From the NCBI GenBank assembly GCA_964019335.1, contig OZ025684.1, forward strand, positions 496,001 through 560,000: 64,000 nt of DNA. The letters run 5' to 3'. Made by a program: the position numbers and the translations under genes. Position 1 is the first letter of the stretch, and each line of letters opens with the position of its first letter. Source of the DNA: Diplonema japonicum (taxonomy: Eukaryota > Protista > Euglenozoa: Diplonemea). Shown piece after piece: positions 62,425 to 64,000 of the stretch. Under the pieces are notes generated by a model. The model was not told the origin of the DNA. It searched no databases and saw nothing but the letters and a program-made list of their open reading frames with translations.

Positions 62425-63818
62425 CTAGTTCATTCTGATCTCGTAGTTACCGGCCCTTGTTATATACCTCACCCACGGCAATGCTTGGTACCCGGACTGC
62501 TCCTCCACTTTGCAGTACCTTACCTGTCGATTTGTTTCCCTCCCTTCACCCTTCATTCATATACACCCGATGCATACCACAACGTTCGAAACCGAGAAGT
62601 AAGGGATCTCAAACTTCACGTTGATGGGCCTCCTGATGGCTGCGTCGTGCTGTCTAATGGAGGGCAGGCCGAACGTGCAACGGCACAGGAACTCCTTCAT
62701 ACTTGGGAAGAGCTGTGGGGGGGGGGGGGGGGGGGGTTTCCCCCCTTTTTTTTCTCCCATACCTTGATAGTCCATTCTACACAGTCTCTATCAGGGATAT
62801 ATTTCACGCTACCAGCATTCTGCTTGAAGACCGGGGAGTCTGCATCGGGGGGGACAGGGATTGTGATCACGACACCTGACGCTGTGGAAGTTTTCTTGAA
62901 CTGCGAGGTGGCCTTCACAAGGTACTCAAGCCTTGTGCCACCGTGGCGCTCGACTTGTGCGTCGATCTTGATAAGAGGCTTGACCTTTGCCTGGAGTCTG
63001 TAGGTCATGAGGTCGAACTCCCCATCAGGGGGGATGAAAGAGATAGTTCTATCCGCGTCGAACCTGTTCAGCTTCACGCACTGGTGGAACCTCACGTCCT
63101 CTAGGTCTACCGTCTTCCCCTTCGCTTTCCGGGATGTGACTTCGAACAACGCTTTGTCGTTGAGCCCGACCTTCACCTCCGGCATCCCTGTCAGCTTCAC
63201 CCGCATCTTCAAGGCTCCGATGATCTCAGAGTGTATCACCTCTCCTGCAGAGTTCATCAGAAGATTCAACGAGTCGACCACATCTAAGAACACTTCGTTC
63301 TTCTTATACTTGATCCCGGTTGGTCGCCACGGGCAGGACCCGATGGCCCCTGTCATCGCCGACGGCAGGTCCTTCGGCCCGTCGTCATCGTCCAAGATTC
63401 GCAGCTTGTGCGACTCTTGTGTGATGTACTGCCGCAGCACTTTGGGTTCGGTGAACTGCGGGTACCCGAAGTCCATCATCTCGTCTAGCAGTTCGTATAT
63501 GACAACGAAGTTGTCTCTGATGCTCTCCTCTGTCACGTTCTCTGTATACTCTTGCAGTACTTTGACCAAGTTATGGAGGTACACCACCAGCATTGCCGCG
63601 TTGCAGTTAATTTTACCCATCAGTACAAAGTACAAGTTGTTATGCTTCACCCAAGCAAACGTCACGCCGCCCACGTTGAAGACGGGCTTCACCTGGCTCT
63701 CCTCCTCGTCGATCACCTTCTCGACAAATGTGTCAGTCGAGTACGGCACGTCATGGCGGTAGTTCCTCGAGATGAGCGCCTTACCTTTGTTGCTCAGCAC
63801 CACCAGACACGACGCCAT
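62425..63818 (-). CDS. AP1M1: AP-1 complex mu subunit; introns 62713-62762 and 62524-62577
   Basis: ESIRDNFVVIYELLDEMMDFGYPQ, IKYKKNEVFLDV, SFIPPDGEF; splicing restores KFEIPYF...SGYQALPWVRYIT...YEIRMN*. Confidence 0.95.
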
Positions 63819-64000
63819 GTGTACGCCCAACCCTGTGGTGAGATGGACCCCTCCCCCCCCTCCCGCAAGCAAAGGCAACACATGCTAAACATATGCTAGT
63901 GGATGGAGATTCGAAGCGATGGGCAAAAATATTTTTTCGTAGGTAATAAAACGGTGTTTCATGGAATATACAAAAGCGGACGAGGAGGATGTTCGTTTTT

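Overview
Gene-dense eukaryotic window, probably from a euglenozoan. The 18S fragment carries CCAGCACCCGCGG and GCGCAAATTGCCCAAT; short GT-AG introns plus many secreted carbohydrate enzymes suggest a diplonemid (inference). All ~33 credible protein genes lie on the minus strand, as expected for a polycistronic, trans-spliced cluster. Genes include a DysF-RING protein, three cyclophilins, an FkbM methyltransferase, a pseudo-5-phosphatase, a synergin-like protein, two GH38/DUF5054-like glycosidases, a carboxylesterase, DPM2, an unclassified secreted glycosidase-like protein, an arylsulfatase, three membrane-anchored alpha-carbonic anhydrases, an SGNH protein, a Kelch-cytochrome b561 fusion, Cwf18, a CAP-Gly protein, two mucins, a pseudo-cyclase, an EamA transporter, two PTS1 serine hydrolases and AP-1 mu. 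Most notable: (1) a decayed, antisense 18S rDNA piece with a hairpin-rich leader at the junction of a cyclophilin duplication; (2) two similar micro-introns present in only one glycosidase paralogue; (3) a ~325-bp-arm inverted repeat made of a poly(A)-tailed element just upstream of DPM2; (4) a run of secreted glycan-degrading enzymes; (5) several small MITE families. All family calls rest on motif recognition by eye; no searches were run.
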